DNA of 40,331 nt, from sequence record SRR20825019_1785; one strand, 5' to 3'. The translations under genes and the position numbers were made by a program. Below, piece by piece: positions 9,022 to 17,311 of the stretch. The first letter of the stretch is position 1; the number at the start of each line of letters is the position of its first letter. The notes under the pieces were generated by a model, which was not told where the DNA came from, searched no databases, and saw nothing but the letters and a program-made list of their open reading frames with translations.

Positions 9022-9529
9022 CGGCCTGTTTCAAATTCAGCTGCTGATGGAAAGCGGCGGCTTCGTGCTGTGGATTATTCTGCTGGCATCGATTTTGATG
9101 TGGTCGCTGATCATAGAACGCTATATCTATGTCTTTTTTCAGCACCCGAAACAGGTCAAACAACTGATTGACGAGTGGCAACAACGTCGCGACCGGACCA
9201 GCTGGTATGCGCATCAGATCCGGCAGGGCATGATAGCCGAGAGCCGGATTGAGCTGTCTCGTTACCTGATGTCAATTAAAACCCTGACCGTGGCGTTACC
9301 TATGCTGGGACTGCTGGGTACCGTCAACGGCATGATTCAGACTTTTGATGTGATGACCGTTTTCGGTACTGGTAATACCCGGGGCATGGCCGGCGGTATT
9401 TCGGTGGCCCTGATCACCACTATGGGCGGTCTGTTAACAGCACTGTCCGGTTTGTATTTCAGCACGCAACTGAGTCAGCGGGTATCGCGTGAAGTCGATA
9501 ATGTAGCCGATGCCTTGCGAAGAGATTAG
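9005..9529 (+). CDS. exbB: ExbB proton channel subunit
   Basis: LPMLGLLGTVNGMI...AGGISVALITT; ATG at 9005 (MDSLTNGL) is the likely start. Confidence 0.88.
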   Translation: MDSLTNGLFQIQLLMESGGFVLWIILLASILMWSLIIERYIYVFFQHPKQVKQLIDEWQQRRDRTSWYAHQIRQGMIAESRIELSRYLMSIKTLTVALPMLGLLGTVNGMIQTFDVMTVFGTGNTRGMAGGISVALITTMGGLLTALSGLYFSTQLSQRVSREVDNVADALRRD

Positions 9530-9538
9530 GAACCAGAG

Positions 9539-9946
9539 ATGAGAAACCGACACTCCCGCCGACAAAGCGGTGGCATTGCAGATATTAATATGACGCCATT
9601 AATTGATATGGTGTTTATTCTGCTGATTTTCTTCATCGTAACGACCTCCTTCGTCAAGGAGACGGGGGTCGATGTGAATCGACCCACGGCTAAAACCGCG
9701 GTCAAAAAGGAACGCGCCAATATTCTGGTTTCGATTAAGTCGAATGGTGAAATCTGGATGGATAAACGCCAGATTGACCGCCGTGCGGTACGGGCTAACG
9801 TCGAGCGCATGCATGCTGAGAATCCGGAAGGTTCGGTGATCATCCTTGCTGACGAAGAAGCCAAAACCGGCCTGTTAATCGAAGTGATGGATCAGGCCCG
9901 TCTCGCTGGTGTGGCCAACGTTTCTATCGCAGCCGAACGGGAATAA
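9539..9946 (+). CDS. exbD: ExbD/TolR biopolymer transport protein
   Basis: INMTPLIDMVFILLIFFIVT TM motif with the conserved Asp. Confidence 0.93.
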   Translation: MRNRHSRRQSGGIADINMTPLIDMVFILLIFFIVTTSFVKETGVDVNRPTAKTAVKKERANILVSIKSNGEIWMDKRQIDRRAVRANVERMHAENPEGSVIILADEEAKTGLLIEVMDQARLAGVANVSIAAERE

Positions 9947-9955
9947 AAGCACGCT

Positions 9956-10621
9956 ATGAGATTGGCGATAGGCATCATTCTGGCGCTGCTGGTGAACTTC
10001 GGTTTGTTTGTGCTGATGCAGCATATGATCAGTAACAAGGAAGTCGACAAACAGGTGACGGAAGACATTCGCCTGCTGGATTTCGTGCGTCTCAAACGTG
10101 AGGAAACGCAGCCGGAAACCAAGCAGCGCGAGTTGCCGAAAAAGCCGCCACCACCGGAAGAGCCCCCTCCGCCACCGGAAACACCGGCGCCGCAGACAGA
10201 TAAACCTGAACCACCCAAGCCACAGCTGGATGTACCGCAGATTGATGTGCCGATGAATATCACCGGCGGCCCTTATCTGGGGGACTTTGCCAAAGCGCCG
10301 AAAGCCGCGCCGGCGCCTGCGCCATCACCGGTACAGGGTCCCATCATCGATAACGAAGTGGTTCCACTGGTGCGGATTCCACCGCAATATCCACGGGTGG
10401 CCGCCAGACGCGGCATAGAAGGGGTGGTGACAGTTCAGTTCATCATCACCAAAGACGGTACTGTCAGGGATGCCAAAGTGATCAAGGCGGAACCGTCCAA
10501 TGTGTTCAATGACGAGGCAATTGAAGCCGTGCTGAAATGGAAGTTCAAACCCAAACTGGTGGAGGGGCAGCCGGTGGAAAGACAAGCCACCCAGGAAATC
10601 GAGTTTAAACTGTCACGATGA
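9956..10621 (+). CDS. tonB: Energy transducer TonB
   Basis: N-terminal TM, Pro-rich linker (PKKPPPPEEPPPPP) and TonB C-domain (PQYP...GIEGVVTVQF...WKFKP). Confidence 0.93.
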   Translation: MRLAIGIILALLVNFGLFVLMQHMISNKEVDKQVTEDIRLLDFVRLKREETQPETKQRELPKKPPPPEEPPPPPETPAPQTDKPEPPKPQLDVPQIDVPMNITGGPYLGDFAKAPKAAPAPAPSPVQGPIIDNEVVPLVRIPPQYPRVAARRGIEGVVTVQFIITKDGTVRDAKVIKAEPSNVFNDEAIEAVLKWKFKPKLVEGQPVERQATQEIEFKLSR

Positions 10622-11841
10622 GAATAAAGTTTATTATCTCGCTGTTGCTGAGTCTGATGCTGTTGTCTCCTGTGCAGGCACAGGACGACGACTACCTGCT
10701 GACCGAGAAAACCTACAAATCGCTCAGTAAAGCTCAGGAGCAGATGGAAGCCGGGCAGTATTCCCAAGCTGGCAGACAGCTCAATGAACTGCTGACGCAG
10801 ACGGAGGCCGGCAGTTATGACCGTGCCGTTGTACAGCAGACTATCGGCTATCTGCATTCAGAGCAGGATCAGTATGACAAGGCCGCGGTGGCTTTCCAGC
10901 AGGCGCTGGATGCCGATGCGCTGCCCGACGATGTCACTCACAACCTGCGCTATAACCTGGCTCAGATACTGATTGCTGATGGTCAGTACAGTAAAGGTAT
11001 CTCGCTGATGGAGGATTGGCTGGCCAGTGAGCGTCAACCCGAAAACAGTGTCTATGTGCTGCTGGCGACCGCCTATTACCGGGTGGAGAATTTCAGCAAG
11101 GTCATCGAGCATATCCAAACGGCCATCAAAAATGATCCGGATCCCAAGGAGGACTGGTATCGACTGCAGTTGTCAGCGCATATGTCGCTGAGACAATACA
11201 AGTCGGCCATTAATGTGCTGGAAACCCTGATCACGCGCTATCCGCATCGCAAAATCTACTGGGATCAGCTGGCTGCCCTGTATCAGCAGCAGGAAAAAGA
11301 GTTTACCTCTCTGGCCGTTCGCATGTTGGCGGATCGTCTGGATTTGGGAGATCCTGAAACCCTGATCAATCTTGCCGATATGTACCGCTACTTGCGAGTG
11401 CCTTATAAGTCAGGAAAGTTATTGCAGCGGGCAATGGATGATGGCCGGATCCCTTCCGATTTCAAACATCTGCAGAAACTGGCCGATAGCTGGCTGGCAG
11501 CACGGGAAGATGAACTGGCTGCGCAGACCCTGCAGCGAATGTTGCCCAAAGACAGCAGTGGCGATACCCATCTCAAACTGGCTCAGGTCTATATCAGCAC
11601 CGAAGACTGGCAACAGGCGATTGATATTCTGAACCCGGTTATCGACAAACTGCAGGGCAGTAAAAAAGGCCGCGCGCAGTTACTGCTCGGCACCAGTTAT
11701 TTTCATCTGGATCAACTGGAACAGGCGAAATCGTCGTTCAGCCGTGCGATGGCTTTTGACAGTCAGTCGCGGCAGGCCGGCCAATGGATTCGCCACATCG
11801 ATGATCTGCTAAAGAGACAGGATGATGCCGAGACAAGCTGA
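10618..11841 (+). CDS. Periplasmic TPR protein (TtpD-like) of a TonB2-type operon
   Basis: Signal peptide, repeated TPR-like helices (YNLAQIL, YVLLATAYY, HLKLAQVY); ATGA overlap with tonB. Confidence 0.82.
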   Translation: MRIKFIISLLLSLMLLSPVQAQDDDYLLTEKTYKSLSKAQEQMEAGQYSQAGRQLNELLTQTEAGSYDRAVVQQTIGYLHSEQDQYDKAAVAFQQALDADALPDDVTHNLRYNLAQILIADGQYSKGISLMEDWLASERQPENSVYVLLATAYYRVENFSKVIEHIQTAIKNDPDPKEDWYRLQLSAHMSLRQYKSAINVLETLITRYPHRKIYWDQLAALYQQQEKEFTSLAVRMLADRLDLGDPETLINLADMYRYLRVPYKSGKLLQRAMDDGRIPSDFKHLQKLADSWLAAREDELAAQTLQRMLPKDSSGDTHLKLAQVYISTEDWQQAIDILNPVIDKLQGSKKGRAQLLLGTSYFHLDQLEQAKSSFSRAMAFDSQSRQAGQWIRHIDDLLKRQDDAETS

Positions 11842-12400
11842 TCTGAACCAGCTCAAACAGGATCTGGTGCAACATTACCGCTGGTTGCGACAACACGGCT
11901 GTAATGATTCCCATAGTGGTAACGCCTCTTTTCGCTGGCATGATGAAGTCTGGCTCACCCCGACCGGCTGCTGTGCCGATACGCTGGCGCCGGGCGATCT
12001 GGTTCGTTGTCATATTGACGGCAGTTGTGAACAGGGTGCCTCGCTTGATGCACCACTGCATATTGAGGTTTACCGGCAAAATCCTGCGGCCCGCGCCTTG
12101 TTTCACAGTCATGGACCCCATACCGTGGCACTGACCCTGAACGGGGAAGACTTTGTACCGGTCGATTTTGAAGGCCAGTATTACTTCCCGCTGGTACCGG
12201 TAGTGCAAATTCCCTATCAGGATTATGTCGCAAAATCACCTGCCATGGTGGCGAATAAGCTCAGCGATCATAAAGTCACGGTAGTCTGCGGCCATGGCGT
12301 CTATGCCTGTGCAGAGACTATCAATCTCGCGTATAAATGGAGTTGTTCGCTGGAGTTGTCGGCCAAAACAGCCTGGCTGGCGAATCAGATTGTTCGCTGA
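11822..12400 (+). CDS. Class II aldolase/adducin-family metalloenzyme
   Basis: SGNASFR, LTPTG, FHSH and GHGVY metal-binding motifs; 192 aa. Confidence 0.85.
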   Translation: MMPRQADLNQLKQDLVQHYRWLRQHGCNDSHSGNASFRWHDEVWLTPTGCCADTLAPGDLVRCHIDGSCEQGASLDAPLHIEVYRQNPAARALFHSHGPHTVALTLNGEDFVPVDFEGQYYFPLVPVVQIPYQDYVAKSPAMVANKLSDHKVTVVCGHGVYACAETINLAYKWSCSLELSAKTAWLANQIVR

Positions 12401-12480
12401 GCTTCTGCTCAGCCATCTTTTCGCAACAATTTCACGCTTCACTAGTCATAACGACTCATCTAGAAACACGCTGGAGTAGG

Positions 12481-14631
12481 ATGATGACGGCTGAAAGCAC
12501 GCTCAAGAAAAATGCCATAACAGAACAGCAATTTATACGTACCCCCTCGTTGAATGGCGATGATCCGGCTGCCAAGCGCCGTGAAATCGCAAATTACTTC
12601 AACTTCACATTCGAGCGTTACGAATCCCTGTTCGACACGCTGAAATCTGATGAAGCTTTTTATCGCAAGTCGATTCCATTGCGCCATCCTTTGATTTTCT
12701 ATTACGGTCATACCGCCACATTTTTCGTTAATAAAATGTTGCTGGCTGGGCTGATTGATAAACGCATTAATCCCAAATTCGAATCGATGTTTGCCGTCGG
12801 CGTCGATGAAATGAGCTGGGATGATCTGAATGACGATCACTATCAGTGGCCTGCGGTGGAAGAAGTTACCGCCTATCGCCAGCAGGTGAAGTCGATGATC
12901 AACAGGGTGATTCAGAAAGCGCCATTAAAGCTGCCGATTGACTGGGAAAATCCGTGGTGGGCGATTGTCATGGGCATTGAGCACGAACAGATCCATCTTG
13001 AAACCTCTTCCGTGCTGATTCGCCAGCAGAAACTGGATTTGGTTCAGCCCCGATCCCAATGGCGGCCTTTCAAAGATAAAGGCAAAGCCCCGGAAAACAG
13101 TTTGGTGGATATCCCCGCAGGCACAGTCCGTATCGGTAAAGATTACAGCGATAGCATTTATGGCTGGGACAATGAGTATGGTCAACACCAGGCCGTGATT
13201 GACGAGTTCCAGGCATCACGTTTTCTGGTTAGTAACCAGGAATTTCTTCAGTTTGTTGAAGCCGGCGGCTATCGGGAAGACAGCTGGTGGGAGGAAGAAG
13301 GTCTGGCCTGGCGCCAGTTTACGCAAGCCCAGTATCCTACTTTCTGGATTCAGAGCCAAAATGGCTGGCAACTGCGTTTAATGGCAGAAGTAGTCGACAT
13401 GCCCTGGAACTGGCCGGTGGATGTCAACTACCATGAAGCCAAGGCATTTTGTAACTGGAAAGCCAAGCAGACTGGTCAGCCGGTACGTTTACCTACTGAG
13501 GATGAATGGTACCGGATTTATGACCATTCGGGTCTGACTGAACTGGATGACAAACCGGCTGTGGCTAACATTCACCTTGATTATGCGGCTTCCTCCTGCC
13601 CGGTGGATCAGTTCGCCCATGGTGAGCTTTATGATGTGATCGGTAATGTCTGGCAATGGACCGAAACCCCGACTTATCCGTTTGATGGTTTCAAAGTCCA
13701 CCCGATTTACGATGATTTCACAACCCCGACTTTTGACGGCCAGCATAATCTGATCAAAGGCGGGTCCTGGATTTCCTGTGGTAATGAAAGCCGGCTGGCT
13801 GCGCGCTACGCCTTTCGTCGTCATTTCTTTCAGCATGCCGGTTTCCGTTATGTGGTTTCGGATAATGAAATCGAGCAGCACAGCTCGAACTATGAAACCG
13901 ACCAGATGCTGTCGCAGTATGCTGAGTTTCATTACGGTGAAAGCTATTTCAATGTCGCCAATTTCCCCAAAACTCTGGCAGAAATCGCTGTCAGTGTGAT
14001 GGGCGAACAGCCCAAAGGCCATGCGCTGGATATTGGATGTGCGGTAGGCCGTGCCAGTTTTGAACTGGCAAGGCACTTCGATAAAGTGACCGGTATTGAT
14101 TTTTCGGCGCGGCTGATTAATCTCGGCGTGCAGATGGCGCAACAGGGCGTCGTGCGTTACACCATCACCGATGAGGGTGATCTGGTGCATTATGAAGAAC
14201 GACGACTGGATCAGCTCGGTCTTGCCGATGTAGCAGACAAAGTCGAATTTATGCAGGGAGACGCCTGCAACCTCAAATCGCTTTACCGTGGCTATGATCT
14301 GATTCTGGCAGCTAATCTGATTGACCGCCTGTATCGTCCTGCCCAGTTCCTGCGCAGCGTCCATGAACGACTCAATGAGGGCGGTATTCTGATGCTGGCT
14401 TCACCTTATACCTGGCTGGAAGCACATACCGAGAAAGACGAGTGGCTGGGCGGTTTCAAAAAAGATGGGGAAAGCTTTACTACGCTGGACGGTCTCAGAG
14501 CGTTGCTTGAACCGCATTTTGAATTGATTCGCGGGCCAGAGTCAGTGCCTTTTGTTATCCGTGAAACCAGTCGGAAGTTTCAGCACACGCTGTCTGAAGT
14601 GACGATCTGGAAGCGAAAAAATGACATTTGA
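12481..14631 (+). CDS. ovoA: 5-histidylcysteine sulfoxide synthase / methyltransferase (ovothiol biosynthesis)
   Basis: DinB-like domain (LRHPLIFYYGHT; iron motif HEQIHLE), FGE-sulfatase domain (RLPTEDEW, GNVWQWT, HPIYDDF, RRHFFQHAGFRY) and SAM methyltransferase (LDIGCAVGR). RBS GGAG at 12473 supports a start at 12481 or 12484. Confidence 0.92.
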   Translation: MMTAESTLKKNAITEQQFIRTPSLNGDDPAAKRREIANYFNFTFERYESLFDTLKSDEAFYRKSIPLRHPLIFYYGHTATFFVNKMLLAGLIDKRINPKFESMFAVGVDEMSWDDLNDDHYQWPAVEEVTAYRQQVKSMINRVIQKAPLKLPIDWENPWWAIVMGIEHEQIHLETSSVLIRQQKLDLVQPRSQWRPFKDKGKAPENSLVDIPAGTVRIGKDYSDSIYGWDNEYGQHQAVIDEFQASRFLVSNQEFLQFVEAGGYREDSWWEEEGLAWRQFTQAQYPTFWIQSQNGWQLRLMAEVVDMPWNWPVDVNYHEAKAFCNWKAKQTGQPVRLPTEDEWYRIYDHSGLTELDDKPAVANIHLDYAASSCPVDQFAHGELYDVIGNVWQWTETPTYPFDGFKVHPIYDDFTTPTFDGQHNLIKGGSWISCGNESRLAARYAFRRHFFQHAGFRYVVSDNEIEQHSSNYETDQMLSQYAEFHYGESYFNVANFPKTLAEIAVSVMGEQPKGHALDIGCAVGRASFELARHFDKVTGIDFSARLINLGVQMAQQGVVRYTITDEGDLVHYEERRLDQLGLADVADKVEFMQGDACNLKSLYRGYDLILAANLIDRLYRPAQFLRSVHERLNEGGILMLASPYTWLEAHTEKDEWLGGFKKDGESFTTLDGLRALLEPHFELIRGPESVPFVIRETSRKFQHTLSEVTIWKRKNDI

Positions 14632-15793
14632 TTTTGATGCGCCAGTAGATCGCAGCTATTCCAGCAGTCTCAAGTTCGACGCCCGCCAGGCTTATTTCGG
14701 CCGCGCTGATGTGATGCCGATGTGGGTGGCCGATATGGATTTTGCTGTGCCACCCGCTGTGAGCGAGGCGTTGGTGGCGCGGGCACAGCATCCAATCTAT
14801 GGCTATACCTTATATCCTGATTCCTTGTACCAGTCTCTGATTGACTGGTGCCAGCGGCGTTACCAGTGGTCAGTCCAGCGCAGCCATATTCTGATGTGTC
14901 CCGGCGTCGTGCCCTCGCTGCATGCGGCGATTGAAGCGCTGACTGAGCCCGGCGATAAAGTCATTGCCCAGCCGCCGGTTTATTTTCCATTTTTCACCGC
15001 AGTCACCCAGACTGGTCGAGAACTGGTGACCAATCCGCTTAAACTCGAGAATGGCCATTACTCAATGGATCTTGATCATCTTGAACACTGTGCCAGGCAG
15101 GGAGCAAAACTGCTGCTGTTATGCTCGCCGCATAATCCGGTCGGTCGGGTCTGGCAGCGTCAGGAATTAATGGATTTACTGGCCGTGGCGGCACGTTATG
15201 AGATGACCATCATCTCGGATGAAATCCATGCGGATTTAATCTTCCCCGGCCAGAACCATTTGCCGCTCGCAGATTTGTCCGATTCGGTCAATGTGCTGAC
15301 AGCTATCGCACCCAGCAAAACTTTCAACATCCCCGGTCTGGGTTTATCGTCATTGGTTGTGCCGCAAAAAGCCGACAGGAAAGCGATTAACCAAGTCTTT
15401 GACAGCTGGCATGTCAGTGCCGCCAATCCTTTCAGTATCACAGCCTATGAGGCGGCGTATCGGCACGGTGATGCCTGGCTGGATGCCTTGATGGCCTATC
15501 TGCAACAATCACGGGATTCGGCCCGTCGCTTTATTGATACGGAGCTGGATTTGATTGATTTGATCGCGCCCGAGGGCACTTATCTGTTGTGGCTGGATTG
15601 CCGGCAGATGAATTTGGATAACCAGGCACTGCGATCGTTTTTTATTGATAAAGCCGGTGTCGGCATGAACCCCGGCTATGTGTTCGGTGACAGCGGCAGT
15701 GGCTTTATGCGTCTGAATATGGGTTGTCCCAGAGCCCAACTCGAAACAGCCCTGGCTAAAATGGCTGAGGCCCTCGCCGACTTCAAGCGCTGA
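14621..15793 (+). CDS. MalY/PatB-family PLP-dependent C-S lyase, likely the OvoB-function enzyme
   Basis: MWVADMDF, CSPHNPVGR, SDEIH and PSKTFN motifs; overlaps the ovoA end by 11 nt. Confidence 0.88.
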   Translation: MTFDFDAPVDRSYSSSLKFDARQAYFGRADVMPMWVADMDFAVPPAVSEALVARAQHPIYGYTLYPDSLYQSLIDWCQRRYQWSVQRSHILMCPGVVPSLHAAIEALTEPGDKVIAQPPVYFPFFTAVTQTGRELVTNPLKLENGHYSMDLDHLEHCARQGAKLLLLCSPHNPVGRVWQRQELMDLLAVAARYEMTIISDEIHADLIFPGQNHLPLADLSDSVNVLTAIAPSKTFNIPGLGLSSLVVPQKADRKAINQVFDSWHVSAANPFSITAYEAAYRHGDAWLDALMAYLQQSRDSARRFIDTELDLIDLIAPEGTYLLWLDCRQMNLDNQALRSFFIDKAGVGMNPGYVFGDSGSGFMRLNMGCPRAQLETALAKMAEALADFKR

Positions 15794-15818
15794 TTTCCAG
15801 TGCATCTTTTCTTTTCCC

Positions 15819-15835
15819 TGCGCTGAAAAAGTGCA
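15819..15835 (+). promoter_or_regulatory. NtrC-like enhancer site
   Basis: TGCGC-TGAAAAA-GTGCA fits TGCAC-N7-GTGCA with one mismatch; a second GTGCA half-site ends 31 bp upstream (15800-15804). Confidence 0.55.
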
Positions 15836-15885
15836 TGATAGTGTCATTCTGCTGAAAAAATGCCGGTGTAGCATAGCTGGCTGGT

Positions 15886-15901
15886 TGGCATAGAAGTTGC
15901 C
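15886..15901 (+). promoter_or_regulatory. Sigma54 (-24/-12) promoter
   Basis: TGGCATAGAAGTTGCC: GG(15887-15888)-N10-GC(15899-15900), 49 bp before the ATG at 15950. Confidence 0.7.
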
Positions 15902-15949
15902 ATTAATTCAATGCTTTAGCTTATCTAGCGACTTATCGGAGAAGAAAAA

Positions 15950-16147
15950 ATGCGTGATGTTATCGGTTCGGCTGCGGGGGTGATTTGGCAATACCTGACT
16001 GACAACGGCGTTGTCTCAGTCAGTAAGCTGGCCAAAGACACAAAACTAGAGCCTAAAGTCCTGCAACGGGCACTGGGTTGGCTGGCCAGGGAAGATAAAC
16101 TGTGTTTCGAACTCAAAGGCCGTAGCGAAATGATCAGCCTCAAGTAA
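15950..16147 (+). CDS. Small winged-helix protein, DUF2582 family
   Basis: IGSAAGVIWQYL...ALGWLAREDK signature; RBS GGAG at 15938; 65 aa. Confidence 0.85.
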   Translation: MRDVIGSAAGVIWQYLTDNGVVSVSKLAKDTKLEPKVLQRALGWLAREDKLCFELKGRSEMISLK

Positions 16148-16153
16148 ACAGTT

Positions 16154-16732
16154 CTATTCGACAACCCTTTTGACGCTGAATGCACCGCGAATGTCGCCGA
16201 GCTTGAAGCCGGTAGCCATGTCATCAGGATAATGCGTGTCGATCCTGGCCTGAACCGGTTCGGCAATTTTGCTGCCATGGCAGGACAGACAAACTTTATC
16301 GGTCGGAATCGCTTTCATCATCCGCCACTCGGGCGTTGAACCGCTCTCGACTTTTTCGCTGAAAGTCAGTTTCTGAATCGCTTCACCGCTTGCCAGACGG
16401 GTTTCAAAGCGCTGCAGCACATCGGTTTCCCAGGCATCGGCTTCGTTCGCCGGGTTTCGCACTTTGAGGCTGGTGCGGTCGATGTCTAAACCGTATTTCT
16501 TGGAAATCTCGGCAGCAAGACTCGGGGCAATCAGATTGCAGACTGAGACTGCTTCAGCAGGACCGCCATCATTCATGGCTGCCAGCAGAGAGGATTTGAG
16601 ACTGGTCGCCAGTTCCTTGATGGCGGCTTTGGCATCATTTTCAAACGCCTGTTTACCGGTGTCCGCTTGAGCAGTGACCACAGCGGTAAACAGCAAGGCC
16701 AGCATTAACGCAAAAGATCGCATGATAGGCAT
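16154..16732 (-). CDS. Periplasmic DUF3365 (Tll0287-like) c-type heme protein
   Basis: Signal peptide, AVSVC, RTSLKVRNPAN, single CxxCH (CLSCHG), YPDDMATGFKLGDIRGAFS. Confidence 0.87.
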   Translation of the reverse strand: MPIMRSFALMLALLFTAVVTAQADTGKQAFENDAKAAIKELATSLKSSLLAAMNDGGPAEAVSVCNLIAPSLAAEISKKYGLDIDRTSLKVRNPANEADAWETDVLQRFETRLASGEAIQKLTFSEKVESGSTPEWRMMKAIPTDKVCLSCHGSKIAEPVQARIDTHYPDDMATGFKLGDIRGAFSVKRVVE

Positions 16733-16954
16733 ATCCTCACTCAGTCAGCATGATTAATATATCAGTAAGCACCGGCGGTCAGGCATCCATCCTCTGCAAC
16801 AAGGCAGGTTTTGATTCAATATCCCCGTGGATAAAGCCGATGCGGATAACATCAACACTATCATCAGCACACCGTGCTGAGAAGTCCTATCCCCTTAGAT
16901 GCCTGTGTTTGTGGACGTGGCATTTAAGCTCGGCGGCCTGCAAATAACACCAAG

Positions 16955-17158
16955 CTAATCAAAGGCGGGGCCTATGGGAATCCCGAATTTTTTCAGCAAG
17001 CCGGCCAGCGGACAGAAGCCACTGAAAGCGGCCTGCAGCATATTGGCGCCGACAAAAGCGCTGAGCCAGAGCCAGTAAATATGGTGCACTTGTGACAGCA
17101 GCAGGCTCAATAAAATCACAGAGCCGGCAAAGGCCATGACATAACGGTCAATATTCAT
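16955..17158 (-). CDS. DUF2892 (YgaP-like) small membrane protein
   Basis: MNIDR...FAG, two TM helices and GANMLQAAFSGFCP motif; start could be 17170. Confidence 0.85.
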   Translation of the reverse strand: MNIDRYVMAFAGSVILLSLLLSQVHHIYWLWLSAFVGANMLQAAFSGFCPLAGLLKKFGIPIGPAFD

Positions 17159-17311
17159 CTGAAACCCCATGTTAGATAATAATTAAATACTAATATTGTA
17201 TGTAGCCATGATTATGTCAAGCATCGATAATCAAATAAGTGCAAATGTTGTGTGTTAGGCTTTGATGCTGATAATCTTCGGTGGGAATAAATTCAACTTG
17301 ATTTCTAAACG

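Noticed and set aside
10135-10330. CCG/CCA-rich repeats in tonB (and similarly in the nlpD linker)
   Set aside because: They encode ordinary proline-rich linkers, not a DNA repeat array. No CRISPR-like periodicity was seen in the window.
12337-12480. 48-aa N-terminal extension of OvoA in the ORF track
   Set aside because: It overlaps the aldolase gene, and a good RBS precedes ATG 12481/12484.
13489-14364. 291-aa antisense ORF inside ovoA
   Set aside because: Shadow frame of a well-supported gene, with no motifs.
12481-14631. Selenium-pathway paralogue (SenA/OvsA) or EgtB instead of OvoA
   Set aside because: The C-terminal methyltransferase, the HPIYDDF tyrosine and the adjacent lyase fit OvoA. 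No selD/senB-type genes are nearby.
16750-16947. 65-aa plus-strand ORF
   Set aside because: No RBS or family features; likely spurious.
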